64,000 bases of DNA from Candidatus Poribacteria bacterium (GTDB lineage: Bacteria > Poribacteria > WGA-4E > JAJDTR01), in assembly GCA_965222225.1 (NCBI GenBank), contig CBDCTK010000002.1, forward strand, positions 4,032,001-4,096,000. Direction: 5' to 3'. Position 1 is the stretch's first letter, and each line of letters begins with the position of its first letter. Position numbers and translations under genes: made by a program. The notes below the pieces were generated by a model, which searched no databases, was not told where the DNA came from, and worked only from the letters and a program-made list of their open reading frames with translations. Below, piece after piece: positions 9,986-20,993 of this stretch.

Positions 9986-10450
9986 ATGCGAACACAGCAA
10001 AAGAAACCCAATTCCGATCAGTTACTCGTTAAAGAGGCAGCGGTTGAGAAGGAAATGCTTGACCTGCCTTCAGCCGCCACCTCAGATTTCTTCTCGCTGG
10101 AAGATGCCCTGCTAGAACTAGAGGAAACACGCCAAGAGGCTGAAGAAGCTTATGCGTCGGATGACCAAATTGACCCTGTACCCAACTCTGCGTATGATGA
10201 CGCGCGTGTTTTACTGAAGATACTTCAACGTAATGTCCCCATACCAGACATTGGCTGGGCAGAGGATGGCAGTCTTGGGTTTGAATGGCGGCCGGGTAAC
10301 GGCATCGCGACGATGGGCGTATCCGGTGACAATCTTGTCATTTACGGCGCCTTTTTTAGCAACAAGTGTGAATTCGGCGGAATTTGCTCGCTGTCAGACA
10401 CCGTTTTATTGGAGGGTTTTATTACAACATTGAGAAACCTCTTTCAATAA
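9986..10450 (+). CDS. Hypothetical acidic protein
   Basis: 154-aa ORF with RBS; PDIGWAEDGSLGFEW motif; family not recognised. Confidence 0.6.
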   Translation: MRTQQKKPNSDQLLVKEAAVEKEMLDLPSAATSDFFSLEDALLELEETRQEAEEAYASDDQIDPVPNSAYDDARVLLKILQRNVPIPDIGWAEDGSLGFEWRPGNGIATMGVSGDNLVIYGAFFSNKCEFGGICSLSDTVLLEGFITTLRNLFQ

Positions 10451-10548
10451 AACGCTTAATATCAATGATTTAGACTGTTAGGCCTTATGCAGCCACATAG
10501 AGGTCGCGATTCGGAGATCGCTCCTACAAAGGGAGATTCATCTAGATA

Positions 10549-11993
10549 ATGCCAAACGATTCATCAGCCATCGTACAAAAACTGTGGAATTACTGTAACG
10601 TCCTCCGCGATGACGGCATCAGCTACGGCGATTATGTGGAGCAGTTGACCTATCTGCTGTTCCTGAAAATGGCGGACGAGCAGACCAAACCGCCGTTCAG
10701 CAAGGAGTCCGTCGTCCCCGCGGGGCTAGACTGGGAGAGCCTGGTTGAGAAGGACGGCGACGCCCTCGAAACCCACTACCGCCACATCCTTGACGAATTG
10801 GGCAGGCAGAGCGGCACGCTGGGCGTCATCTTCAGAAAATCCCAAAACAAGATTCAAGACCCCGCCAAACTCAAGCGGATCATTCAACTCATCAACAATG
10901 AGACGTGGAGCGGCTTGGATGCCGATGTGAAGGGAGACATCTACGAGGGCTTGCTGCAGAAGAACGCCGAGGACACCAAAAGCGGCGCGGGTCAATACTT
11001 CACCCCCCGCCCGCTGATTCAAGCCATTGTGGAAGTGATGAGACCGGAACCGATGCAAACCATCTGCGATCCGGCGTGCGGCACCGGCGGTTTCTTTCTG
11101 GCAGCGCATGACTATCTGTCCGCCCGAAGCGATCAGCTCGACAGGTACAGAAACAATTTCTCCGATACGATACGTTTCACGGCACGGACATCGTGGACAG
11201 CGTGGTCAGGCTGTGCGTGATGAACCTGCACCTTCACGGCGTCGGCGGCGATGAGAGTCCCGTGAAGACGGGGGATAGCCTAATCTCGAATACGGGTGAG
11301 CGTTTTGACATGGTGTTGACGAATCCGCCGTTTGGGAAGAAGAGCAGCATCACGATTGTGGATGAGAAGGGAGCGGCTGGAAAGAACTCGCTCATCTACG
11401 AGCGGGAGGATTTTTGGGCGACCACGTCCAACAAGCAACTGAACTTCCTTCAGCACGTCAAGACAATTCTGGAAATCAACGGCAAAGCGGCGATTGTCGT
11501 GCCGGATAACGTCCTGTTTGAAGGCGGCGCCGGTGAGACGGTTCGCAGGAAATTGATGCACGAATGCGATCTTCATACGCTGCTCCGACTCCCGACGGGT
11601 ATCTTCTACGCGCAAGGCGTCAAGGCAAATGTGCTGTTCTTCGATCGCAAGCCCGCCAGCGAAACCCCGTGGACGGAAAAGCTATGGATATACGACCTCC
11701 GAACCAATAAGCGGTTCACGCTGAAAACAAAGCAGATGCGTTACGACGCCCTTCACGATTTCATCGCCTGTTACAATCCCGATAACCGCCATGATCGGCA
11801 AGAGAGCGAGCGATTTAAGTCGTTCTCGTACGATGAATTGATGCAGCGGGATAAGGTGAGTCTGGACATCTTCTGGCTGCGGGACGAAAGTCTTGAGGAT
11901 ACCGAGAATCTACCGGAACCCGATGAATTGGCGGGAGAGATTGCCGCGAATCTGGCGGCGGCGTTGGAGCAGTTTCAGGACATTTATGAGTAG
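10549..11993 (+). pseudogene. hsdM: Type I R-M N6-adenine methyltransferase M, split by a 1-nt frameshift near 11145
   Basis: GQYFTPR and DPACGTGGF in frame 1; NPPFG in the downstream frame; ...DR.QKQFLRYDTFHGTDIVDSVVRL joins them if 1 nt is added at gacaggtacag. Confidence 0.9.
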
Positions 11994-12065
11994 ACAGGGA
12001 TATTGCGCGAAGAAAGGCTGGTGCGCAGTGCGCACCCTACAAGACCTTAACCATATCGCGGCACA

Positions 12066-12590
12066 TCAAAACCGTTGGACGAGCCATAGGACGACGACGC
12101 ACAAGATAACGAGCATCGGCAAATTGAGCAGGACGGCGAGGTACATTCTCCGACGCTTATGAGGACTTACCTTTTCTCCAGAGAACAGCAGTCGTCCAAG
12201 CAGCCAGAGCGAGTAAAAATAAAGAGGGAAAAAAGGAAAGATAATCAATCCGAGTAAGGCGGCACGCAACGCTCGATCCACGGCGTTGTCACCCGCAGAT
12301 GAAGGAAGTTCATTCTCGGATTCTTCAGTTTCCGGGAGGTCCGCAAGCCCTTCCTCCGCGTCTATGGACGAATCCTCTCGCGCCGCAAGAATGCCGGTGG
12401 CACGCTCGACATCGGTTTCGGGTACTTGCAATTTAATGCCGCCGACGGCGTTGCTCAGATGCCATGCCACTCCCACGGTCAATTCGTCGGCGAGAAAAGC
12501 TGTTAGCCCATTGGCTTCGAGCAACCCCTTGGCAAGGTGCGCCTCCGTAGGCATGTCAAAGGTATCTACGGTCACCAATTTTCCCTCCAT
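12066..12590 (-). CDS. DUF2007-type putative signal-transducing membrane protein
   Basis: EAHLAKGLLEANGL...GGIKLQVPETDVERA, followed by transmembrane helices. Confidence 0.75.
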   Translation of the reverse strand: MEGKLVTVDTFDMPTEAHLAKGLLEANGLTAFLADELTVGVAWHLSNAVGGIKLQVPETDVERATGILAAREDSSIDAEEGLADLPETEESENELPSSAGDNAVDRALRAALLGLIIFPFFPLYFYSLWLLGRLLFSGEKVSPHKRRRMYLAVLLNLPMLVILCVVVLWLVQRF

Positions 12591-12657
12591 AGCGTCCCTC
12601 CTTTCGACGTAATGTCTGAGTCCTCAATGCGTATGCATAACGCCCTTTTTTCACGCA

Positions 12658-13398
12658 TTACGCATTATGCTTTTTGATTTCAACCAGCCATGCGATGTGA
12701 TTCAGGTCGTGGCAGATTACATCTCGCTGGGCAATCCCGCACGCTTCTAGGTTGGAGGCGAGGCTCTCCCTCGCCCACCTCGCCGACCAGAAATGTTCCG
12801 CGGTAGCCACAAATCGTGAGCCGCGCGGCGTCACTACGTGCTGGTCGGTGTGTTCATAGAACTCAATCTGTGCGGCTTCAGCCTCGGGAACATCCTTGTA
12901 GATTGTTAAAAACATCAACCCGCCCGACTTCAGCGCTTGATAGAACCGCGAGAATATCGCGATAAAACTCGGATTCCGATCGAGATAAGCGTCTGTATAA
13001 AGGCTCAAATCTGCTGACGCTTGGCGAAAATTCCCCGGCGTAAAGTACAAGCAGAAGACCAAATCGTAGAAATTGCGCTGTGGCGTCACTTCAGTCGCAT
13101 CGCCCAGAAACAACGCCGTGTTGGTTAGTCCCTCCTCCTGCCATCTCTTCCGTGCGATTTCGCCGATGTGAGCCGAGATTTCAAAGCCGTGATACAGCTC
13201 GCAAGCCGGGGCAAAGATTGAACCGTGATACCCGGTGCCGCAACCGACGTCGGCAATGGCGTAGCGGCGACCTTGGAACCTCTCAATCAGGATTTCATCC
13301 TGTCGGTCGCGTGCCTCCTGTATCGCTTTGGGGCAGTAGGATGATTCCAAGGATTTGAGTACGGCTCTACTTTCGGATTCACGTAAACTGTTGGACAT
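12658..13398 (-). CDS. Class I SAM-dependent methyltransferase
   Basis: IADVGCGTG motif I; GDA; YDLVFC. Confidence 0.85.
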   Translation of the reverse strand: MSNSLRESESRAVLKSLESSYCPKAIQEARDRQDEILIERFQGRRYAIADVGCGTGYHGSIFAPACELYHGFEISAHIGEIARKRWQEEGLTNTALFLGDATEVTPQRNFYDLVFCLYFTPGNFRQASADLSLYTDAYLDRNPSFIAIFSRFYQALKSGGLMFLTIYKDVPEAEAAQIEFYEHTDQHVVTPRGSRFVATAEHFWSARWARESLASNLEACGIAQRDVICHDLNHIAWLVEIKKHNA

Positions 13399-13528
13399 GC
13401 TACATTTCCTGTAAATGAAGTGTTGGGTTCACTAGAATTTCATTTTTTCGGGCGAAATGAAACTTTGAAAGCCTTCTTTTGTGTGTGATTCCTGATGGAT
13501 TTCCGTTCAACCCAACCTACGCACCGCA

Positions 13529-14299
13529 TTACAAACGAACATCCGCTTCGAGAAACTGCCAGAAAAAAATCTTCCAACCCGATTCCTCTTTCCGAAAGTA
13601 CATTTCACATCTGCTGACAATCTCTCTCCGAACCGAGCGCGCTCCCTTTTCCGTAATGATGACCACACCCAATATCGCGGAGGCTTGATGCGGATGGGGA
13701 ACGTCCATCTCAATATCGCGGAATCGAAATTGGACGAGACTGAATTCCTCGAATAGCGCTGTAAAAACCGGAGTCACGGCGTTGCGATTAGCCGGAATGA
13801 CACCGGTGTTCAGTCCAAAAAATCGAGTGACCAAATCGTCTGATGCGAGGTAACCCGCCGTAAACAACTCCTCAAGCTTATTGATGTCCACCGTGTCAAT
13901 CAATTCCGAAAATCTATCCAGCAAGCCCCGAATCTCTTGCGCCGGATTCGTCAGCGGCGCCAAAGATATGTCCACTACCAAACTCTCTGTTTTTAGAGCG
14001 ACAGTCTGCATTTCATCCGCATAATCAAGCGCCTCGACCGTGATGGTAATCGCGTCCGAAAAATCGACTTGGGCACAGCTGTATTTCCCTTCCGCATCCG
14101 ATTCCCACTGCCGCCCGGATATCGTAACAACCGCGCCGCACACCGGGCGCCCGGTTCTGGCGTTGGTAATTGTGCCGGACACCGTCCCGACCGCTTCAAC
14201 CGGTCCCACGGGCGTAACGGCCGAATCCTCGCCGCATCCCATGAAGAGAACCGTCAGGCAGATTGTAAGGAAAAATCGTATACAGATTATGGATTTCAT
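13529..14299 (-). CDS. Lipoprotein with carboxypeptidase-regulatory-like domain and NTF2-like C-terminus
   Basis: Lipobox FMG-C; GTVSGTITNARTGRPV.GAVV; FRKEESGWKI. Confidence 0.65.
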   Translation of the reverse strand: MKSIICIRFFLTICLTVLFMGCGEDSAVTPVGPVEAVGTVSGTITNARTGRPVCGAVVTISGRQWESDAEGKYSCAQVDFSDAITITVEALDYADEMQTVALKTESLVVDISLAPLTNPAQEIRGLLDRFSELIDTVDINKLEELFTAGYLASDDLVTRFFGLNTGVIPANRNAVTPVFTALFEEFSLVQFRFRDIEMDVPHPHQASAILGVVIITEKGARSVRREIVSRCEMYFRKEESGWKIFFWQFLEADVRL

Positions 14300-14492
14300 C
14301 TACTGTCGGAAAACGGAATTCCCTTCTGAACTAATGATAGGACAACCACATGAAGTTGTCCCTACACGGATAGGGTCAACGATCGTTGACCCTTACAAAA
14401 TAGAAAAAAACTTGCATTTCACCAAGGCGTTATGATATTCTAAGCGCGCAATTCGGATAGTAGTGTGGAATGCACGAAAGGAGGTGGACGAT

Positions 14493-14720
14493 ATGGCTCG
14501 TGTCTGTCATGTGTGCGGCAAAAAACCGATGGCTGGCAACCAAATAAGTAAGTCTCGCAATCATACGAAGCGGAGATGGCTTCCCAATTTGCAGCGTGTG
14601 CGCATTGAAATCCGGTTCGGCGAAAACCACGTAGGTCACAAGCGTGTGCGTGTGTGTGTGAAGTGTATTCGATCCGGAAGAATCGTCAAAGTTGTGTCAG
14701 GCGCACCGCAAGCGGCGTGA
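14493..14720 (+). CDS. rpmB: 50S ribosomal protein L28 (Zn-ribbon form)
   Basis: [34 protein letters not shown]...CVKCIRSG; RBS aaggaggt. Confidence 0.97.
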   Translation: MARVCHVCGKKPMAGNQISKSRNHTKRRWLPNLQRVRIEIRFGENHVGHKRVRVCVKCIRSGRIVKVVSGAPQAA

Positions 14721-14733
14721 CAATTCCCGGTTG

Positions 14734-16863
14734 TTACGCTTCGCGTTTTACGCGCCTCACCCCATCCAAGAGCAGGATTTTTCCCATCACCTCTTCAAGT
14801 TGTTCGACACCGGTTACCTCTAGGGTCAACAGATTGGAAACCCTGCCGTCTACCCCCCTCCTGCCGGCGCCAAAACTCCCCGCTTGTATATTAACCCCGC
14901 ATTGAGCGACCGCAATCCCGATCTCCCCGATCTTACCGGGTGCATCCTCGCACTCGACGGAGATGCGCGCCATATAGGTGACCCGATCGGCGGATTTCCA
15001 TTCAACTTGGACAGTCCGTTCCGGTTCATTGGCTAAACGCAAACAATCTTCCTTGTGGATAGAGATTCCCCGCCCTCGCGTAATATACCCGATAATTCTA
15101 TCGCCGGGAATGGGCGTACAGCATTTCATAATGCGAACCATCGCCGCATCAATCCCATCTTCAAGTTGAACGGCGGGCATCAGCTCCGTGGTCGCTTCGT
15201 AGCCCCCATCCGCCGGTTTGTCCGCATCCGGCTTTAGCAGACTTGCAACCTTGGTGGCGAATTGTTTGCCGTTACCAATCTGCATTAACAGGTTGTCCGT
15301 GGTGCCTGCCCCCAGTTTCGTGGCAACTTCGAGAAGACTTGAGGATTGGAGATATACCTTCGGATTAAGACCGTGCCGACAGATTTCGTTCTCCAGTAAG
15401 CGCTGCCCGACTTCCAGCGCGAGCTTCCTGTCCTGCTCATTGAACCACTGCCGGATTTTGCTGCGCGCGCGCGCGGTTTTTGTCCATTGCAGCCAGTTGC
15501 GATTCGGATGCCCGTTGGGATTGGTAAAGATTTTCACGCGGTCGCCGTTTTGGAGGCGATACCGGAGCGACAACAGAGCGCCATTAACCTCCGCGCTGGA
15601 ACATTTGTGCCCGATATCGGTATGGATTTTGTACGCGAAGTCAATTGGCGTTGCGCCGGCGGGTAGCGCGAACAGGTCGCCTTTGGGCGAAAAGACATAG
15701 ACCTCGTCAGGGAACAATTCGCGTTTCATCGACTGGATAAATTGGTGGGGCAAATCTTTGGATTCCTGAATATCCTCCAGCATCTGCTTATACCCCGCAA
15801 AAATGGACTGTCCCTCCTCCGTTAAGGGTATTCCCTCCTTATAGCTCCAATGCGCGGCGATTCCGTCTTCCGCCACCTTGTGCATCTCATGCGTGCGAAT
15901 CTGGATTTCTACGGAGCGCCCGCCGTCCAAAATCGTTGTGTGCAAGGAGCGGTAACCGTTAATCTTCGCCGTTGGTCCAATCCAATCCCTGAGCCGCTGG
16001 GGAAGATGATGCCACTTCGTATGCAGAATGCCCAGAGCGGCGTAACACTCCGGAATGGAACTGACCAACAAGCGTAGCCCAATCAAATCTCGAATTTCTT
16101 CAAAGGGCGTTCCCTTCTGGTGGATTTTTTGGTAGATGCTGTAGATGTGCTTGGTGCGCCCGTGGACACTCGCCTTGATGCCGAATCGATTGAGTTCTTT
16201 CTCAATAGTTGCTACCATCTTGTCCACATACGCTTCTCGTTCGGTGAGTTTCTCGGCGAGCAATCCGGCAATGTCTCTGTACTCGGCAGGATAGAGGTGC
16301 TTAAACGCCAAATCTTCGAGCCTGCTCATAATCCGCCAAATGCCCAGACGATGAGCAATCGGGGCATAGACCTCAAGGGTTTCTTTGGAGATCGCCTGCT
16401 GCCTGAGCAAGGACAAAAATGACAGCGTTTCCATGTTGTGTAAGCGGTCGGCCAATTTTATTAGAATAACTCGGATGTCCTCCGCCGTAGCCAAAAGCAG
16501 TTTCAAATAGTTCTCCGCCTGCCGTTGCTGCGCCCCGCCCCTGAATTTGTATCTTCCAATCTTGCTGACTCCCTGCACCAACTGCGCGATGGTTTCACCA
16601 AACAGGTTTGCGAGTTCATCGCGTGTCACCGAGGTGTCTTCAATAACATCGTGTAGAAGACCGGCACTAACCGTGCGAACATCCAATTTGAGTTCGGTCA
16701 GGACGTTCGCCGTGGCGATGCAGTGGGTAAAGTACGGTTCCCCCGACTGGCGCCACTGCCCTCTGTGCGCTTTTTCGGCGAATTCATAGCTTTGACGCAG
16801 AAAGTCAAAATCGGCGTCGGAATTGTAGCCCCCGATGCGATTAATTAGAGTTTCGACACTCAT
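14734..16863 (-). CDS. rel: Bifunctional (p)ppGpp synthetase/hydrolase Rel
   Basis: HDVIED HD domain, KLADRLHNM, YRSLHT, EIQIRT, TGS and ACT domains. Confidence 0.95.
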   Translation of the reverse strand: MSVETLINRIGGYNSDADFDFLRQSYEFAEKAHRGQWRQSGEPYFTHCIATANVLTELKLDVRTVSAGLLHDVIEDTSVTRDELANLFGETIAQLVQGVSKIGRYKFRGGAQQRQAENYLKLLLATAEDIRVILIKLADRLHNMETLSFLSLLRQQAISKETLEVYAPIAHRLGIWRIMSRLEDLAFKHLYPAEYRDIAGLLAEKLTEREAYVDKMVATIEKELNRFGIKASVHGRTKHIYSIYQKIHQKGTPFEEIRDLIGLRLLVSSIPECYAALGILHTKWHHLPQRLRDWIGPTAKINGYRSLHTTILDGGRSVEIQIRTHEMHKVAEDGIAAHWSYKEGIPLTEEGQSIFAGYKQMLEDIQESKDLPHQFIQSMKRELFPDEVYVFSPKGDLFALPAGATPIDFAYKIHTDIGHKCSSAEVNGALLSLRYRLQNGDRVKIFTNPNGHPNRNWLQWTKTARARSKIRQWFNEQDRKLALEVGQRLLENEICRHGLNPKVYLQSSSLLEVATKLGAGTTDNLLMQIGNGKQFATKVASLLKPDADKPADGGYEATTELMPAVQLEDGIDAAMVRIMKCCTPIPGDRIIGYITRGRGISIHKEDCLRLANEPERTVQVEWKSADRVTYMARISVECEDAPGKIGEIGIAVAQCGVNIQAGSFGAGRRGVDGRVSNLLTLEVTGVEQLEEVMGKILLLDGVRRVKREA

Positions 16864-19390
16864 ACGATGCCCTTTTCCAAATCTCTTGGACAGTTTGTTT
16901 CAACTGAAATTCCGAAAAGATTGCGCTCGTCTGCTTGAGTTGCTCCCCATACAGGTAAGTACGTGATTGATGCAACTTGCGTTTCTCGGATGGTGTTGGC
17001 AAGAGTTGCACTACCTTCCCGGAAGATTGTTCCCGACTTTTAATCAACTTCAATTCTTCGAAGATGCCTATCCCGTTACAAACCGCATCGGGCGGAATCG
17101 AATTCGTGCGGGCTGCCGCAACCACCTCGTCCAACCGGATCGGCGCGTCGCTCTGAGAACCCAAGGATGTTATCGTTTGATACAATTTCTTCAGCGTCTC
17201 TTCGTCCGGATATTGCCACGATAGCAAGGTGTGCATGGAATCGGCATCTTTCGCACTGTAGATGAGATGGATATAGGTCGTTTCCGGAAATCTGAACGCC
17301 GGTTGACACCGATTAAAGAAGATTAGAGGTGTGGACACCGGATGGCAAAACACGAGATGTTTCGCGCTTTGAGACGCCGCCATCAACGTCCGACTTGTGA
17401 CGATTGCGAGCAACTTTCCATTTCCAAGCGTGTCTACCAGACCTTCGATTTCCGACTCCGACGTTGCATCATCACACCTACCTATCAATTCTGTTTGCGG
17501 ACCGATTAAGTCCAAGAATCGGTCTATCGCTTTTCCGTCCCGCACATAGAAAACGATAGGTTCTTCTTGTTCGAGGAGTTTCGAGAGATACGCCTTTTTG
17601 TCCGTGTGCCGCCGATCAACCAGCTTTACGGGACTATCCGTATCCTCCGTTGGAAACACGACTTGACGTTCGTGACGGTCGATTTTGCGGATGTCCTTGA
17701 TTGCCAACTGGGGCGAACTCCGTCCATTCCAATCGTTGATTTGAGGTGCACCAGCCAGATCGACGCATACGTTCTGTCCTCTCAACGCGATTTCGTAATC
17801 TGCCATCCCCCATCCTACCGCATCCAGCGCATGCCGTCCATCCGTCACATACAATTTTAGGTGTTGCTTCTCTTTGCCCATCCGGAGCGGCGGACGCTGG
17901 AGAACGAGTCCCCGGATTGCCAGTTGAGGCGCGGGATTGTCTTGGCCGAAGGGCTCCAGCAGATTTAGCTCCCGAATTGCGTTCAACGCGAGGAAAGACG
18001 CTTGCGCCTCGAAATCTATATCCAGTTTGGGAACGAGGTCCTCCTCCGATAGGTGTTCGGACGCATACTCGTTGAAACACTCCCTGAATTCCTCGATTTT
18101 TTCCGTTTCAATCGTTAATCCTGCCGCGGCTTGGTGCCCGCCGTGCTTGACCAGTAAATGCGTAGCGGCATTCAAACTGTCCGCCAAATTCAGTCCTTCA
18201 ATACTGCGTCCGGAACCGTGCGCTTCACTGCCATTGATTGCCAACAGAAAAACCGGGCGATGGTACATCTGCAGAATGCGTGAGGCAACAATCCCGACCA
18301 CTCCTTGATGCCAACCCTCCCGAGCTAACACCAACCCCTTGGCTTCATCGAGATTGACCGACCTCTTGACCAACTCGATTGCCTCCTCACGAATTCTGCC
18401 TTCGACTTCCCGTCGCTCCGTGTTGTTGGCATCAAGTTCCTCGGCAAAAGGAAGTGCCGCTTCATAGGATTCTGCCGTGAGCAGTTCAACGACCTTTGAA
18501 GCCGTGTCCATACGTCCGGCAGCATTGATGCGAGGCCCAAGCACAAATCCGAGTGTATGTCCGACAATAGGCTTGTTCTCGCTGAAACCGGCGACCTCGC
18601 ATAGCGCGTGAATCCCCGGACGTTTCCTATTATTGATTTCCGCCAGTCCCAGCTTGGTGAGCGTTCGATTTTCCCCCGTCAGCGTAGCCATATCGACGAC
18701 AGTGCCGAGGACGACGAGATCGAGTTGGTCAATGAGCGGTTGCGTAGGTTCGCCGCCTCCCATCAAGCCGTGAGCGAGCTTAAACGCCAGACCGACACCC
18801 GCCAAGCCATCGAGCAGGTACTCGCTATCCGCCATCTTGGGGTTAATGACGGCATGCGCGGAAGGCAACGCATCCGGAGGCGCTTGATGGTGATCGGTGA
18901 TGATGACATCCATTCCGACGTCATTCGCGAGTTTCACCTCGTTTACTGAGGTAATCCCGCAATCGACCGTGATGACGAGATCGCACCCCTTCGCTTTTAG
19001 ATCCTTCACGGCTTCTTGGTTCAGACCGTACCCCTCCCTAAACCGATCAGGAATGTAGTAGCGCACGGGCGCATCAAGCTCGCGAAAGACGCTTAACAGC
19101 AGCGCGACAGCGGTAGTGCCATCGGTATCGTAGTCGCCGTAGACCCAAATCTGCTCGCCTTTTTCTCTTGCCGCGTGAATTCGATCCACAGCCTTCTCCA
19201 TATCGTGCATCAGGAACGGATCGTGCAGATTGGAGAGAGTTGGGTACAGATACGTCTGCGCCGTCTCTACCGTTTCAATGCCGCGATTGACCAGCAGTTG
19301 CGCGACGAGTGGGGACACTTCAAGCCTCACCGCCAATGCGGAACTCTTCTCAATGTCGGGGGATTTGACTCGCCACTCCTTCTTCGTCAT
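16841..19390 (-). CDS. recJ: ssDNA exonuclease RecJ with long C-terminal extension
   Basis: GDYDTDG, TVDCG, TDHH, PRINAAGR, GGHQAAAG, LEPFGQDNP. Confidence 0.95.
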   Translation of the reverse strand: MTKKEWRVKSPDIEKSSALAVRLEVSPLVAQLLVNRGIETVETAQTYLYPTLSNLHDPFLMHDMEKAVDRIHAAREKGEQIWVYGDYDTDGTTAVALLLSVFRELDAPVRYYIPDRFREGYGLNQEAVKDLKAKGCDLVITVDCGITSVNEVKLANDVGMDVIITDHHQAPPDALPSAHAVINPKMADSEYLLDGLAGVGLAFKLAHGLMGGGEPTQPLIDQLDLVVLGTVVDMATLTGENRTLTKLGLAEINNRKRPGIHALCEVAGFSENKPIVGHTLGFVLGPRINAAGRMDTASKVVELLTAESYEAALPFAEELDANNTERREVEGRIREEAIELVKRSVNLDEAKGLVLAREGWHQGVVGIVASRILQMYHRPVFLLAINGSEAHGSGRSIEGLNLADSLNAATHLLVKHGGHQAAAGLTIETEKIEEFRECFNEYASEHLSEEDLVPKLDIDFEAQASFLALNAIRELNLLEPFGQDNPAPQLAIRGLVLQRPPLRMGKEKQHLKLYVTDGRHALDAVGWGMADYEIALRGQNVCVDLAGAPQINDWNGRSSPQLAIKDIRKIDRHERQVVFPTEDTDSPVKLVDRRHTDKKAYLSKLLEQEEPIVFYVRDGKAIDRFLDLIGPQTELIGRCDDATSESEIEGLVDTLGNGKLLAIVTSRTLMAASQSAKHLVFCHPVSTPLIFFNRCQPAFRFPETTYIHLIYSAKDADSMHTLLSWQYPDEETLKKLYQTITSLGSQSDAPIRLDEVVAAARTNSIPPDAVCNGIGIFEELKLIKSREQSSGKVVQLLPTPSEKRKLHQSRTYLYGEQLKQTSAIFSEFQLKQTVQEIWKRASYECRNSN

Positions 19391-19646
19391 GATGAAGTTA
19401 TACTATCATGAACCGGAAACGCCGTCAAGAGTAAGAACAATGGCAATCAGGGGAAACGCGTCTGATTGTAGGCATCCAAGTGACCAAACGAAGGGAGATC
19501 AAGCGACTGGAATGGGTAGCAACTTAAATTAATTCTAACGCTTTCTGTCACTTGGCAAACACTTTTCCACGTTGCGAGGAAGATATGAATTGCCGTATCA
19601 TTATCATGATTTTCTTTCGAGTACAGGAAAAACGAGGGCGCGGTGT

Positions 19647-19752
19647 GGATCTCTATGGAAATTCTATCGCCCTCACTATTCGTTCGGTTGATCGCTCCCT
19701 ATGGGATATACTGTCAAGTTTGCTATCGCCTTCCTTATCCAGTCAGTTGATC
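19647..19752 (+). mobile_element. VB-unit cluster inside a ...CTCGCCCCTAC REP
   Basis: ggatctctat ggaaattctatcgc-cc-tc-ac-tattc-gt-tc-gg-ttgatc ... ctatcgc-ct-tc-ct-tatcc-ag-tc-ag-ttgatc. Confidence 0.8.
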
Positions 19753-19827
19753 CTCGCCCCTACGATTAGGTGTTTCTCGGCGAATGTCAGGACGGGATAC
19801 ATGGCTTAATTAACCCCGGAGGAACAG

Positions 19828-20910
19828 ATGAGAGCTGCACGTTTTTATGGAGGTAAAGATATTCGAGTCGAAACTGTGCCGGAGCCAGAGCCGGAGGAGC
19901 GCGAGGTACTCGTTGAAGTCCAAGCAACCGGCATCTGCGGCAGTGACCTGCACGGCTATCACCATCAGCCGGATAAACCACGACCCCCTGCAACAGGCGG
20001 ACACGAACTCACGGGACGAGTCACCGGCGTTGGGGTGGCGGTTCGTCAATATCAGATCGGCGATCAGGTCGTCGTCGAGCCGATAGTCCCATGCAACAAT
20101 TGCCCTGAATGTCTAAACGGCAATTACAATCTGTGTTCAAAGCTCATTCATATCGGCGGTTCCAGAGGAAAACGTCTGGGCAATGTTTTCAGCGGGGGCT
20201 TTGCCGAGTATATGGTTGCGCCCGAAGATAACGTCTACGAATTACCTAATCGGGTTTCGTTCGAGGCGGGAGCAATGGCTGAAGTTTACGCCGTAGCCGT
20301 CCACGCCTTGTCGATGGCGCCAGTCCATCCGGGCGATAGCGTGGCGGTCATCGGCAGCGGTCCGGTCGGTTTGGCGCTCGCGCAGATGGCGCAACTGGCT
20401 GGTGCGGTGTCCGTCGCTGTCTTGGGCAAACCGGACGCGCCGTTACAAATTGCCAAAGAGTCGATCGGCATCTTCCCGATTAACGTAGACGCAGCCGACG
20501 CGGTCGAGGCAGTCCAAGCGTGGACGAACGGTCGCGGCGCGAATGTCGTCTTCGAGGCGGTCGGCGGAAGGGCACAAACGCTTCAGCAAGCGACGCAGAT
20601 TGCCGCGATACGGGGGAAAATTTGTATGGTCGGTGGACACACCGGCGCGCTTGAGTTGGACACGCGGTTCGCAAGGGGTCGTGAATTGACCCTCACGTGG
20701 TCATTCTGCTACGGTCGGCGAGATGGAAAGCGGGAGTTTCAGATTGCGCTCGACCTGATGGCGGCCGGCAAACTCGACCCAATGCCGTTAATCACTCACC
20801 GTTTCCCACTAGATGAGATTCAACAGCCGTTTGCCGTCGCCGCCGGACGTGATGAACACGGCTCGGTGAAGGTTCTGGTATTGCCCTCCGACTCACACGG
20901 AGATCACTGA
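19828..20910 (+). CDS. Zn-dependent MDR alcohol/sugar dehydrogenase (copy 1)
   Basis: GICGSDLH, GHE, CxxCxxC-x7-C structural Zn site, GSGPVG. Confidence 0.92.
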   Translation: MRAARFYGGKDIRVETVPEPEPEEREVLVEVQATGICGSDLHGYHHQPDKPRPPATGGHELTGRVTGVGVAVRQYQIGDQVVVEPIVPCNNCPECLNGNYNLCSKLIHIGGSRGKRLGNVFSGGFAEYMVAPEDNVYELPNRVSFEAGAMAEVYAVAVHALSMAPVHPGDSVAVIGSGPVGLALAQMAQLAGAVSVAVLGKPDAPLQIAKESIGIFPINVDAADAVEAVQAWTNGRGANVVFEAVGGRAQTLQQATQIAAIRGKICMVGGHTGALELDTRFARGRELTLTWSFCYGRRDGKREFQIALDLMAAGKLDPMPLITHRFPLDEIQQPFAVAAGRDEHGSVKVLVLPSDSHGDH

Positions 20911-20921
20911 AAACTTCGAGA

Positions 20922-20993
20922 GATCAAATGAGCGAATAGCGAATGCGATAGAGATCCCTTCAAACGAGCGATTAGCGAACAGGATAGGTCTTC
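20922..20993 (-). mobile_element. VB unit (20922-20958) plus a decayed neighbour
   Basis: gatcaa-at-ga-gc-gaata-gc-ga-at-gcgatag-agatccc. Confidence 0.85.
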
